IMG/VR virus record: IMGVR_UViG_3300037034_000031
Reading direction: 5' to 3' (one strand)
Source of the DNA: a virus
Length of the DNA: 44,827 nt
The number at the start of each line of letters is the position of its first letter. The first letter of the stretch is position 1. The notes below the pieces were generated by a model that worked only from the letters and a program-made list of their open reading frames with translations, was not told where the DNA came from and made no database searches. The position numbers and the translations under genes are program-made. Below are positions 14,496 through 23,422 of this stretch, in pieces.

Positions 14496-16340
14496 TTAGC
14501 CGATGACTACCACGCGGTAGGTCGTGGAGGCTTCACCACGGATGGTGACGTCAGATGCACCGTGTACGATCTCGATACCGGCGTTGACCACCTCGTCAGT
14601 GCTGTCCTTGACGGACACAACGAAGTCTTTGTCACCGACACCGTGAGCGAATGTCGCGTTACCGGACGAATCGGTGGTGATGTCACCAACCCACTTGTCC
14701 GTTTTGACGCGGATTTCAGTGAGGAACGCAGGTTCGACCTTAGTCGGCGTGATGCTGTTGTCGCCAACAACGCCTTTAGCCTTCAGGATGAACGGGAGAT
14801 CATCGGTATCGACCACCGGGTTGTCATCTGCGGTGTACGCGAAGGTCGCACCAGAGATACCGCCCTCAGACGACGCCAGAACCTGTACGGTACGGTTAGT
14901 CGTGAACTGTCCTGTGGTGTCTGCATCAGATGCACGCACCATGGCGCTGTTCGAAGCCGCCCATACGTAAATACCGTTCTCAGAAGGCTCAGTCTGCCCT
15001 GTCAGAAGGACACGCTGGCCGTTGGTCACAGTAGCGCCACCGAACTCGTCAGTGCCCGGATTGTCTACGTCCACATCAGAGCTGGAATACGCCTCAACAG
15101 GGTTCCAGAAGGTGCCCTGACCGATAGCCAGCTGCTGCAACTCACCTTCAATGGTCTGCAGGTGTGTCAGAGTGCTTGCGTTGTTCGGCAGAAGGGTGAA
15201 ACCAGTGCCGTAGTTGGTGTCCCCGGCCGGTACACCGCTGATCTGACCCACGGTGACGTAAGCCTGCTGGATCGCGTATGCGAGGTTGTTCAGCGCGTCC
15301 TTGGCGGTTGCCGGGTCAGTGGAGCCTGCACCATGCAGATGTACGTTGTACGGCGCGGTGAAGGCACCCATGGTGCTGTCGCCTACCGAGATACCCACAG
15401 CGGATGCGTTGGAGGCGATACGCGCGTCATGCACAGCATCGGTCACCTGCAGAGAGCTGATCTGGCCGTCATGCACGTCATTCTCCGCCGCGAGGCCTTC
15501 AAAGGCGCTCTGAGCGTTCGCCGGGTTTCCAGCGATGCCCGCGATGTTGTTTGAGAACGGGTGGTTCGCCAGTACCTTCGCATCGGTGTTGCGCTCGTCC
15601 ACGTATGCCTTGATGACAGATGACGGGAACAGCTTAGTCGACGCAGCCGCGCCCACAGTCTCTGCGAAGTCCACAGCGAGCTTCGAGTTGTCGAAGATCA
15701 AGCCTGCTGGGGTGGATCCGCTGGAATAGTGGGTCTCGGAGTTAAGACCGTAGCCACCGGCGGCCGGGGAACGATAGCTGTTATCCGCGACCACTGAGGC
15801 GTAGGCCACCATATCGTAGTCCACGGCCTGATAGTTCGGCACCATGCTGTTGACGGTCGCAACAACTGTGGTAGGGTCCACAGAGACAAGCACAGCCATC
15901 CAGCCTTCGCCGTCGTACGTGCCCGCGTTACCGTCGATCTCCCGCCGCGCGATGAATGACCACACGCCGCCGCCGTTGTCTTTGTAGTAGCAGTTGAAGT
16001 CACCACCGAAGTTGAGGTCGAGGTCTGTACCGGCGTAGTCAAGATACGCCTGATACGGCAGGCGCGTATACATGCCTTCGATTGAAGGATACGCCGCCTC
16101 TGTGACGTTAAAAGCGCTGTGATCGTCCCCGGCCGTGGCGAGGTCAACCGCGATAGACGTGCCGTCTACGGTGATTCCCGCAGCGCCGACCATGTTGTTC
16201 TGTTTTTGAGCAAGCTCTGTGTTAAGCTGGGACAGTTCCACAGCCTCGCCCGGAACAGTCGCGGACGGGAGGTTTTTGAGCTTGCTGTATCCAAGCATGT
16301 CCAACGAGACTGCTTGCTTTTTAATGGAGTTAATAGACAT
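14496..16340 (-). CDS. Accessory tail fibre / receptor-binding-like structural protein (614 aa)
   Basis: Start MSINSIKKQ at ATG 16340 (the track ORF start 16376 was trimmed). Gly/Ser/Thr/Asn-rich and beta-rich. The C-terminal domain ...TFAHGVGDKDFVVSVKDSTDEVV... is homologous to the 91-aa protein upstream. It lacks the gp17-type N-terminal adaptor domain. Confidence 0.65.
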   Translation of the reverse strand: MSINSIKKQAVSLDMLGYSKLKNLPSATVPGEAVELSQLNTELAQKQNNMVGAAGITVDGTSIAVDLATAGDDHSAFNVTEAAYPSIEGMYTRLPYQAYLDYAGTDLDLNFGGDFNCYYKDNGGGVWSFIARREIDGNAGTYDGEGWMAVLVSVDPTTVVATVNSMVPNYQAVDYDMVAYASVVADNSYRSPAAGGYGLNSETHYSSGSTPAGLIFDNSKLAVDFAETVGAAASTKLFPSSVIKAYVDERNTDAKVLANHPFSNNIAGIAGNPANAQSAFEGLAAENDVHDGQISSLQVTDAVHDARIASNASAVGISVGDSTMGAFTAPYNVHLHGAGSTDPATAKDALNNLAYAIQQAYVTVGQISGVPAGDTNYGTGFTLLPNNASTLTHLQTIEGELQQLAIGQGTFWNPVEAYSSSDVDVDNPGTDEFGGATVTNGQRVLLTGQTEPSENGIYVWAASNSAMVRASDADTTGQFTTNRTVQVLASSEGGISGATFAYTADDNPVVDTDDLPFILKAKGVVGDNSITPTKVEPAFLTEIRVKTDKWVGDITTDSSGNATFAHGVGDKDFVVSVKDSTDEVVNAGIEIVHGASDVTIRGEASTTYRVVVIG

Positions 16341-16345
16341 GTGTA

Positions 16346-16365
16346 TTTCCCTATGGTAGTATATT
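16346..16365 (-). promoter_or_regulatory. Divergent phage-promoter-like sequence upstream of the accessory fibre
   Basis: Minus strand AATATACTACCATAGGGAAA versus consensus GTACCACTACTATAGGATAG. The core ACTAC-N-ATAGG is conserved and the upstream half diverges. Overlaps the stop of 16351..16626. Confidence 0.3.
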
Positions 16366-16626
16366 GATTGTGCCATTGAATAGAGCGAGCGTTTCTACGT
16401 ACACGTGGTCGTCGTCAGGACATTCCCAGTGTAGATCGACCAGTTGACCTAAGTCGTCTCTTACTTCTACTTTGACATGTTTATGGCCCAGCCCGTGGTA
16501 GATTGTGTACACGGAGCTGGTAGTAGTAGCCGGATGCTGCACCGCGAGACGCGGTACGGCTGTTCTTAGGAGACTATCACCGCCTTCTGGTGTTAGTCTC
16601 GGGGGTACAAGACGCCATACTGGCAT
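16351..16626 (-). CDS. Small beta-rich protein (91 aa) homologous to the C-terminal domain of the 614-aa fibre
   Basis: VYTIYHGLGHKHVKVEVRDDLGQLV aligns with ATFAHGVGDKDFVVSVKDSTDEVV of 14496..16340. Confidence 0.55.
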   Translation of the reverse strand: MPVWRLVPPRLTPEGGDSLLRTAVPRLAVQHPATTTSSVYTIYHGLGHKHVKVEVRDDLGQLVDLHWECPDDDHVYVETLALFNGTINILP

Positions 16627-16893
16627 CTAGCTGTACCACATCGACACATCCCCCGGCGAGGATGCGCGAATGTATACGGTGCCGCGCGGGGCAGGTTTGA
16701 ACTCAACGGCGGCCCCGTCAGGCAGCCGGGTAGCGCGGGCGTCGGTCACGGCGTGTGCGGCATGTACACCGCAGGCGACGTATACATCAACACCTACAGC
16801 AAGGATAGTCAAAACGTGGTTGGCCTCGAAGTCGAGCGCTGTGTATTCCGTCCCTACCGGGACTGTACGAGTATGAATGACGGATTGTGGCAT
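16627..16893 (-). CDS. Hypothetical beta-rich protein (88 aa)
   Basis: AGGAAGG lies upstream of ATG 16893. First gene after the terminator at 16918-16942. Confidence 0.55.
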   Translation of the reverse strand: MPQSVIHTRTVPVGTEYTALDFEANHVLTILAVGVDVYVACGVHAAHAVTDARATRLPDGAAVEFKPAPRGTVYIRASSPGDVSMWYS

Positions 16894-16917
16894 ATAACAA
16901 CCTTCCTATCTAAATAG

Positions 16918-16942
16918 GCGGTGAGGCTAGTAGCCTCACCGC
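16918..16942 (-). terminator. Perfect 11-bp stem hairpin (intrinsic-terminator-like)
   Basis: GCGGTGAGGCT-AGT-AGCCTCACCGC, 12 nt after the stop at 16954. On the minus strand it is followed by CTATTTAG. Confidence 0.6.
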
Positions 16943-16953
16943 AAAGGGTCCAA

Positions 16954-17373
16954 TTACTCGCCAGCCTCCTTGTCGGCAGCTAGCTCGTGGGCGGTCAGGC
17001 CAGTCAGACGCTCCTTCAGAGCTGCCTCTTTGTCCTCTGCCGCTGCGAGGCCCTTACGAGCCTGTACAACGTCGTGTTCTGCTGTGACGATACGTTGGTT
17101 GTCAAGCAGGGCTTGCGCCTCTACAGCTGCCTTCACAGCCGCTGCTGCGTTGTCCTTACGGACCTTCACATCACGGGCACCACGGACTTTAAGGAAGTCC
17201 TGAACCACTTCGAGTGTTTCTACCATGCCTTCGAGATCGGCTTCACGGCCTTTGCAAGCAACGATAGCATTCAGCAGATCGGTACGAGCCTTGCGAACCA
17301 CTGGGGTTGCTTTCACTTTGAACTTCACCTTGCGTGGGGTCAGTGCAACGTCGGTTTTCTGTTTACGAGCCAT
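16954..17373 (-). CDS. Hypothetical basic/coiled-coil protein (139 aa) downstream of terminase (T7 gp19.5 position)
   Basis: ORF starting 3 nt after the terminase stop; Ala/Lys/Glu-rich. Confidence 0.6.
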   Translation of the reverse strand: MARKQKTDVALTPRKVKFKVKATPVVRKARTDLLNAIVACKGREADLEGMVETLEVVQDFLKVRGARDVKVRKDNAAAAVKAAVEAQALLDNQRIVTAEHDVVQARKGLAAAEDKEAALKERLTGLTAHELAADKEAGE

Positions 17374-17375
17374 GA

Positions 17376-19193
17376 TTAAAATCTCCTTGTTGGCTTGAGT
17401 GGGTTGGTTGGTCGTTTGTGACCCGGCAACATTGCCGAGGTATTGGAATGTGACGGCATACCCAGCGGGTTCTTTACCATCTGATTGTAGGCGTCTTGCT
17501 TGGCCTTGTTCACGGACTTCTCAGCCTCTACAGCGAGGAAGTCAACGAAGTACCGGACAGCGCCTGCAAGGGCGTCCAGCCTATCGTCGTGGATCAGGCA
17601 GTTCTTGTCCCGCGTGATGCGCGACATCTGATAGAACAGGCTGTATGTCGCCCTGTCCTGCAGTGGGTACTTCTTGCATGTGTCCCAGTCGTCTTCGATT
17701 ACCTGCTCGTCTATGATCAGACGACCGTTCTCGATGACAGGTTCTAGGATGTCAATGATGCGCAGCTCCTTCTGCCCGCTCTCCCACGGATCGTCTACAC
17801 CAAACGGTGTGACCCCTGCTTCGCGGCACATACGGTGCATGATCGGTGTGTATACGCTCTGTAGAGCGCCGTTACCGAAGTTGCGCTCGATACCAACACT
17901 GTCTACACCATTCTCGAGACCGATCTTGACGAGGTCTACCATGACGTCCTCTGCGAGACCGCCCGGAACACCACCGACCTTCACGACGAAGAGCTTACCA
18001 GCTGCCTCTCGTACGATAGCGTAACCTGTTTCATCGCCATTCTGTCCACCGCCCGCGGGGTCAATGTACATGTAGGTCTGGGAATACTTCCCGTATTGCG
18101 AACCCATATCGGGAACCAGATGGAACAGCTGTTGGATCGGATACTGCGCCGGAGCCGGGATACGATGGTCCTTGCTCTTTGATAGGCGCATGTCTAGCGG
18201 TGCACGAGTGCTGTCCCGCAGATCAGCAAAGAAGATGTTCTCCACGTGCAGCGGGTATCGACCAGCGTCCATGAGAGCCGTATCCAGCATATGTTGCAGC
18301 TGGAAGTACGCCGGACCTTGGTCGATCTCCTTCTTGACTTGTAGGTCTTCTGGAACGATGACGTCGTCAATCGCTTGACCGCGGTCGCCCATGGGCCCGC
18401 CACCGGTCTGTAGGTCCGGTCGCGCCTTGACGATCTGCATGATCCGCGGCGCGATGAAACCGTTGTAGTTCTCGATTTCGTCTTTAGTCGGGAAGCGTCC
18501 CGGCCAGATGCGGATGTCATAACCACGCGAAGGCAAGCCGTTGTACACGCTGTCCACAGACTGCGGTGTCCCGAGGTAGATGATGTCACCCTGTGAGCAG
18601 ATGGATGTGAAGTCCCGTGTCAGGTCCGTGAGCAGCTCGCGCTGCACAGGTGTCTGCGAGTTCTTCTTACTCTCCACGTCATCTGCGATTAGGATGTCGG
18701 CACGGGAACCCTGTACGGTGGACGTGATACCAAAGCAAGCGATGCTTGGGGACTTGTCCGGGCCTTTCAGGCTGTAGTGCACATCGTAGTTCTCGCGGGA
18801 CGCACGGTCGCCGTTAGAGCGGTCGGGGCGCAGCATCTCCAGGATGTCTACACCTGCGATGATCTGAATGATAAGTGTGCTGATCTGAGAAGCCATGTTC
18901 TCGCCAGCAGAGAGGATCACGATCCGGGTAGTTGGGTCATGGATCAGACGCCACACAGCGTAGATCGCGGTGATGGTTGTCTTAGCCTGCCCGCGCTGCG
19001 CTTGGATCATGCGGTACAGCGGACCTGTTTCGAGGTATTCCCCGATGTCCCGCTGTACCCAGCTTGTTTTGAAACCCAAGTATTCCATGCAGTCCTCAAG
19101 GAACGGTTGGAATGTTGGGTACGTCTCTTGGAGAGCCTTCAGGCGTGTCCAGCGGTCGAATGCTTCTTCGACTGTCTCGCGTCTCGTCGCCAT
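17376..19193 (-). CDS. Terminase large subunit (T7 gp19-like)
   Basis: Walker A-like QRGQAKTTITA, Walker B ADILIADDVE, and a C-terminal nuclease half with IDPAGGG and HDDRLDA. Confidence 0.92.
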   Translation of the reverse strand: MATRRETVEEAFDRWTRLKALQETYPTFQPFLEDCMEYLGFKTSWVQRDIGEYLETGPLYRMIQAQRGQAKTTITAIYAVWRLIHDPTTRIVILSAGENMASQISTLIIQIIAGVDILEMLRPDRSNGDRASRENYDVHYSLKGPDKSPSIACFGITSTVQGSRADILIADDVESKKNSQTPVQRELLTDLTRDFTSICSQGDIIYLGTPQSVDSVYNGLPSRGYDIRIWPGRFPTKDEIENYNGFIAPRIMQIVKARPDLQTGGGPMGDRGQAIDDVIVPEDLQVKKEIDQGPAYFQLQHMLDTALMDAGRYPLHVENIFFADLRDSTRAPLDMRLSKSKDHRIPAPAQYPIQQLFHLVPDMGSQYGKYSQTYMYIDPAGGGQNGDETGYAIVREAAGKLFVVKVGGVPGGLAEDVMVDLVKIGLENGVDSVGIERNFGNGALQSVYTPIMHRMCREAGVTPFGVDDPWESGQKELRIIDILEPVIENGRLIIDEQVIEDDWDTCKKYPLQDRATYSLFYQMSRITRDKNCLIHDDRLDALAGAVRYFVDFLAVEAEKSVNKAKQDAYNQMVKNPLGMPSHSNTSAMLPGHKRPTNPLKPTRRF

Positions 19194-19205
19194 GATGGCC
19201 TCCTG

Positions 19206-19502
19206 TTAATGGTGCGGGATGTCCGCGAACGGGTCGTTATCCACGCGCTTCTTCTTCCTGATCTGATCAAGGGCAGCCTGAGCTGCATCAATGGCGTCGC
19301 CGGTGTCGTGGTCCACTGTGATGTCATTGTCTTTCAGGAAGGACAGGGCTTGTCCGACCAGACGGGCGTCGTAGCCCTCAAGGTGACTTCCACCGTCATC
19401 GTCTTCCACGAGCTTCGGGTCGCACGCCTCCAAGCCGTCAGCAAGGATGTCTGCAACAGCGCCATGAAGCGCTTCGAGTTTATCAAGGGTTGCCTTCTTC
19501 AT
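19206..19502 (-). CDS. Terminase small subunit candidate (T7 gp18 position and size)
   Basis: 98-aa acidic protein immediately upstream of the large terminase. Assigned mainly by synteny. Confidence 0.55.
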   Translation of the reverse strand: MKKATLDKLEALHGAVADILADGLEACDPKLVEDDDGGSHLEGYDARLVGQALSFLKDNDITVDHDTGDAIDAAQAALDQIRKKKRVDNDPFADIPHH

Positions 19503-19765
19503 TAGATCATGCCTTTCAGGAACCAGCTAATAACAACGAGGGCCGTTGGGATTGCTGTCGCGACCCCGAGCATCTTGAAGCGGAACCGATCGTTTTCTTT
19601 GACTTGTGCTTTGAGTGCGTCGATCTCTTTGGTCAGACGCGCGTCCATGTCCCGTACCGTTTTACGGTCTGCAGACTGGGATGCTAGAATGTGCTTTACG
19701 TCGCTGGCGATTTCACCAACAGTGGAAAGCAGACCGTACAGTGGATCGTTTTTGTTGTCAGCCAT
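19502..19765 (-). CDS. Holin-like single-TMD protein (T7 gp17.5 position)
   Basis: 87 aa with a C-terminal TMD MLGVATAIPTALVVISWFL. AAGGAGG lies 7 nt upstream. Located between the fibre and small terminase genes, as the T7 holin is. Confidence 0.45.
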   Translation of the reverse strand: MADNKNDPLYGLLSTVGEIASDVKHILASQSADRKTVRDMDARLTKEIDALKAQVKENDRFRFKMLGVATAIPTALVVISWFLKGMI

Positions 19766-19818
19766 TGTACGGCCTCCTTTTAGTTGTTTATAGTGCGGAG
19801 ATAATGAAAGCTAGAAGT

Positions 19819-21111
19819 TCAGTGTGCTACCCAACCAGTATTACCTGTGCCGGACTCTTTGATGTACAAAATTGCCCCTGCGCTACCTGTGCTGTCAGTG
19901 TATATAGAACCAACACCAGCCGCTACGGTGCCTTCAGGTGAACCTGCGGCACTGTACCACTTAGTAGGACCAGCACGGATCGCGATCTGGTGGTCCGCGG
20001 TAGCTGAGACTACGTCAGCTTGGTAGCCAAGAGTTGTGTTTTTGGACCCCGTGGTGTTTGCAAAACCAGCCCACTTCCCCACCGACGTGTTGAAAGAGCC
20101 CGTAGTGTTCTTTTCGAGTGCATAAATGCCACTAGCTGTGTTGTTAGAACCGGTAGTGTTGCTGTAGAGTGCTTTGAAACCGCTAGCTGTGTTATCAGCA
20201 CCTGTAGTGTTGCTACCGAGTGCAGACACACCATTAGCTGTGTTTTCAGAACCTGTGGTGTTTAGTAGAAGTGCCTCACGGCCACTAGCTGTGTTGCTAG
20301 AACCTGTAGTGTTTGTTTTTAGAGCCCCCCCACCTACCGCAGTATTTCTGGCCCCTGTAGTGTTGAGAAGAAGGGTCTCCACACCTAGTGCGCTGTTCAG
20401 AATACCCGTAGTGTTGTTAAATAAACTGTCCTTACCGATAGCAACATTACCGTAGCCTGTAGTGTTTTTATTGAGCGCCCTATAGCCACTAGCTACGTTG
20501 TTACCTCCTGTGGTGCTGCTAAAGAGTGCGTCAACTCCAAGGACGGTATTCGTAGAGACATCCCCTGCACCGCGCCCTACAGTCAGATCATTGATCTCCA
20601 CATCAGCAGTAAACTCAGCGTCATCTAGTTTAGCGTACTCCGCTGGATCAAATCCTACAAGCGCCTCCGCCGCGTCTTCTGCGCGTTGCGCGTCCGTAGC
20701 AGCTGTACCGGCAGAGCCTGCGGCGGCAGTCGCGGCGGCCTCTGCGATCTCTACCGCCTCGTCCGCAGCTGTAAGGTCGCCTACGCCGTCTTGTGTTTCT
20801 TGTAGGCTCTTGATCGACTGGTCGAAACTGGCGTCTAATCCTGCAGAGGAGAAGAGTGCGCCTGCGCTGAAGTCATTGATCGCGGCGTCCACCGGTGTGG
20901 TGCGACGGAACACGATAGCCTCGCCCATGGCGGGCACGGTACCTCCGATCTGCATCACCCCCGGAGAGATGAATGTGATAGCTCGGAAGCCGGGCTCCGC
21001 GGCAATTTGTACGGTCACATGATCCTCTTCCATGTAACCACCTGTGAAGTTCACAGCAAAGGTGTCTTGCACACCGTCGCCGACGTATTCTACAACACTG
21101 TGCTTCGCCAT
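19819..21111 (-). CDS. Tail fibre 2: gp17-type N-terminal adaptor domain plus 17-residue NTTG repeat domain
   Basis: The N-terminus MAKHSVVEYVGDGVQDTFAVNFTGGYMEEDHVTV is paralogous to fibre 1. Ten tandem 17-aa repeats (NTTGxxNTAxGxxALxx) span residues about 200-360. C-terminus ILYIKESGTGNTGWVAH. Confidence 0.8.
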   Translation of the reverse strand: MAKHSVVEYVGDGVQDTFAVNFTGGYMEEDHVTVQIAAEPGFRAITFISPGVMQIGGTVPAMGEAIVFRRTTPVDAAINDFSAGALFSSAGLDASFDQSIKSLQETQDGVGDLTAADEAVEIAEAAATAAAGSAGTAATDAQRAEDAAEALVGFDPAEYAKLDDAEFTADVEINDLTVGRGAGDVSTNTVLGVDALFSSTTGGNNVASGYRALNKNTTGYGNVAIGKDSLFNNTTGILNSALGVETLLLNTTGARNTAVGGGALKTNTTGSSNTASGREALLLNTTGSENTANGVSALGSNTTGADNTASGFKALYSNTTGSNNTASGIYALEKNTTGSFNTSVGKWAGFANTTGSKNTTLGYQADVVSATADHQIAIRAGPTKWYSAAGSPEGTVAAGVGSIYTDSTGSAGAILYIKESGTGNTGWVAH

Positions 21112-21125
21112 GCTGTTCTCCTTTT

Positions 21126-21145
21126 CTATCCTATAGTAGTGATAC
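21126..21145 (-). promoter_or_regulatory. Phage RNAP promoter (fibre 2)
   Basis: Minus strand GTATCACTACTATAGGATAG, followed by AAAAGGAGAACAGC-ATG. Predicted +1 G at 21131. Confidence 0.8.
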
Positions 21146-21156
21146 GTGTTTAGGTA

Positions 21157-21178
21157 GGAAGGCGCTCACACGCCTTCC
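21157..21178 (-). terminator. 8-bp stem hairpin after fibre 1
   Basis: GGAAGGCG-CTCACA-CGCCTTCC, 10 nt after the stop at 21189 and immediately upstream of the promoter. Confidence 0.5.
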
Positions 21179-21188
21179 ATGGGGGTTC

Positions 21189-23408
21189 TTAGAGCATCTT
21201 GGTGATCAGCGACGTTGTCCCGTCCGCGCCCGTGCGCAGGCGGAACTGTTTACCTCGCAGACGCACCGTTAGGAAGTTGTCCAGCGGGTTGGTAAGTTCG
21301 TAGACACCTTGCAAATGCAGAGAGGTCAGAGCTGTGCTGCCTACGACTGGAGCACTCACAATCTTCGTGTCTAGGGTCGCAGTAGTCCCGCCAGCAGACG
21401 CTACCTCAATTTCGAAGCAGGCCTCTTCGATGTCCGCCGTGTCTGCGAGGCTGACTGTAGCTGAGACCGCAACTTGTCGCGACCCCGCTAGCACGCGCAG
21501 ACCTACTTGCTCAAGGACTGTGCTGAAGGTTGATGTAGCATTGACTACAGACGAAGTGCCTGTGTCGGTAGCATAGGCACGGAGTGGTTCTTCCTCTATG
21601 AAAGAGGGCCTGTCGTAGAAGTGCCGGATACCGAACTCGCGGGTATAGAACCGCGACAAACCAATGTAACCGTCCTCCGACGGGTGTACATCGTCCTTGA
21701 TGGAGTTGCCCACGCTCTTGTCAAAAATCTTCTGGCGGTCCACCAAGGAGACATTCAGTTGGCGAGCTACCGAACGCACATCCTGATTGTACTGGACGTT
21801 GTCGCTGTAGATACCTGCACCAGTGGGAGCTGTCTCTAGGATGATTTGAGCCTTGCTGTTGGCGGCAATGAGCTCATTGACCCGCGTAACAAGATCAGCC
21901 CGGAACGCGGGGCGAGTGGACACACCGTCCTTGCTGTCGTTTGTGCCAAACCCTACAACGTAGGTATTCCCGTTGTACGCAGTGGCCTTATCAAACATGA
22001 AGTCTGTGGTCACGTCACGTCCGACGTTCGCTGCGCTTTCATTCAATAGGGTCATAGAAGACACCGCGTAGTTGCGGAACTTCAACCCGTGATCAAATAC
22101 AAAACCCAGAATAACCGCGGTGCCATCGGCAGCCACACCGTTTCCCCGGTCAACCACGTCTACGGTGTCGATGGTGACGTAGCACTCACGAACAGCCGTG
22201 GTTAATGTAATAGGCACGGCCTCAATGAAACCGTCCTTGTCCTCCGTCGCGCCGCTCACCAGAGGCTCAGGTGCGGTGTAGGTGTCGATGATCTCAGTAG
22301 CGTAGACTGTACCAGCGCCGTCGATCTCACTTGTAAGACGGATGCGGAAACGAGCAGCCTCGTCGGCAGCGCGCTTCATGACATACACAGAGAAGACGTC
22401 ACTCTCTACACGCTTCTTAACGGAAGCCTTAAATGAACCCTCCGGGGTATCGCTCGCTACGAGGCGGTAGTTGTCCATAGGGGCGTAAATCGTAGAGGTT
22501 GTGCCGGTCTCCGGTTGGAAAGCACCAAACAGCGGGAGTGGGGTGTCTTTGTTTGGTGGGATGAACTCAGGCCCAGCCATGATCGCGGAGTAGTAGAACA
22601 TGTTCCATGCCCCGCCGTGGTTGAGGGGTCGAGCAAACCCGTAGGGATTACCACTACCTGAGCTGTTGCCAACACCGGCTTCTGTGCTGTCTCCGAGAAC
22701 TACTAGACGCAGCTCGCCCTGCGACATGTCCGCGAGCATAGCGCCTACATCTTCTGTGCGTAGTCCGGTCTCCGGCCCAGCATATGCCAGACGGACACCG
22801 CCAACCGTAATGTCCGCGTAGTCTTCATCAGTAGACCCGAGGACAACGAAAGAGTAACCGTCCCGGGTCTGTATGTAGTCTCCTACTGTGACGCTACCGC
22901 CTGCACCTATTGCGTAGGTCAAAGTAGTGTCTGCCAGTAGGGCGTCGATGCTATCTAGGAACGGTCCCTCGTATAACATGGCCTCGTCCCGCGCAGCCCT
23001 CGCGGCGTCCGCCGCAGCTTCTGCAGCGTCCACGGCGTCGCCCGTATTCACGAGGTCTTCAATACCGTCGTGCGTCTCTTGTACAGATTTCAACAGCTGA
23101 TCGAAGCTGGTGTCTATTGCATCAGCGGAGAATATGGCACCAGCGCTGTAGTCGTATACCGGCTCGATGATAGGTGTAATCCGCCGGAACACGACAGGTG
23201 CACCTAGCGCGGGTACATCACCGCCTACGCGCATGATGCCTTCTGAGACAAACGTAATCGTACGATAGATCGGAGAACCCGCACCGTCTTCCTCGTTGTT
23301 CACGCGCACTGTTACATGGGCCTCTTCCATATAACCGCTTGTGAAGTTCACAGCGAACGTGTCCTGCACGCCAGTACCTGTAAATTCGATAACACTGTTC
23401 TTCGTCAT
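21189..23408 (-). CDS. Tail fibre 1: gp17-type N-terminal adaptor domain plus SGNH/GDSL esterase domain
   Basis: Start trimmed to MTKNSVIEFTGTGVQDTFAVNF (ATG 23408, CAGGAG upstream). SGNH blocks: VVLGDSTEAG (I), GFGTNDS (III), DDVHPSEDG (V). Confidence 0.8.
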   Translation of the reverse strand: MTKNSVIEFTGTGVQDTFAVNFTSGYMEEAHVTVRVNNEEDGAGSPIYRTITFVSEGIMRVGGDVPALGAPVVFRRITPIIEPVYDYSAGAIFSADAIDTSFDQLLKSVQETHDGIEDLVNTGDAVDAAEAAADAARAARDEAMLYEGPFLDSIDALLADTTLTYAIGAGGSVTVGDYIQTRDGYSFVVLGSTDEDYADITVGGVRLAYAGPETGLRTEDVGAMLADMSQGELRLVVLGDSTEAGVGNSSGSGNPYGFARPLNHGGAWNMFYYSAIMAGPEFIPPNKDTPLPLFGAFQPETGTTSTIYAPMDNYRLVASDTPEGSFKASVKKRVESDVFSVYVMKRAADEAARFRIRLTSEIDGAGTVYATEIIDTYTAPEPLVSGATEDKDGFIEAVPITLTTAVRECYVTIDTVDVVDRGNGVAADGTAVILGFVFDHGLKFRNYAVSSMTLLNESAANVGRDVTTDFMFDKATAYNGNTYVVGFGTNDSKDGVSTRPAFRADLVTRVNELIAANSKAQIILETAPTGAGIYSDNVQYNQDVRSVARQLNVSLVDRQKIFDKSVGNSIKDDVHPSEDGYIGLSRFYTREFGIRHFYDRPSFIEEEPLRAYATDTGTSSVVNATSTFSTVLEQVGLRVLAGSRQVAVSATVSLADTADIEEACFEIEVASAGGTTATLDTKIVSAPVVGSTALTSLHLQGVYELTNPLDNFLTVRLRGKQFRLRTGADGTTSLITKML

Positions 23409-23422
23409 GATATTCTCCTGTT

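Noticed and set aside
14490-15554. Long plus-strand ORFs (for example 14490..15554 at 354 aa, 35159..36397 at 412 aa, 25360..26280 at 306 aa, 26660..27493, 24298..25119, 42467..43327)
   Set aside because: Each lies antisense to a minus-strand gene with clear homology motifs. They have Arg/Ser/Ala/Val/Cys-rich compositions, no SD sequences and no mutual organisation. These are typical shadow ORFs of a moderately GC-rich single-strand-coded genome.
19786-19800. Promoter-like CGCACTATAAAC upstream of the holin-like gene
   Set aside because: Only the ACTATA hexamer matches. The GG at +1/+2 and the upstream CACTAC block are missing.
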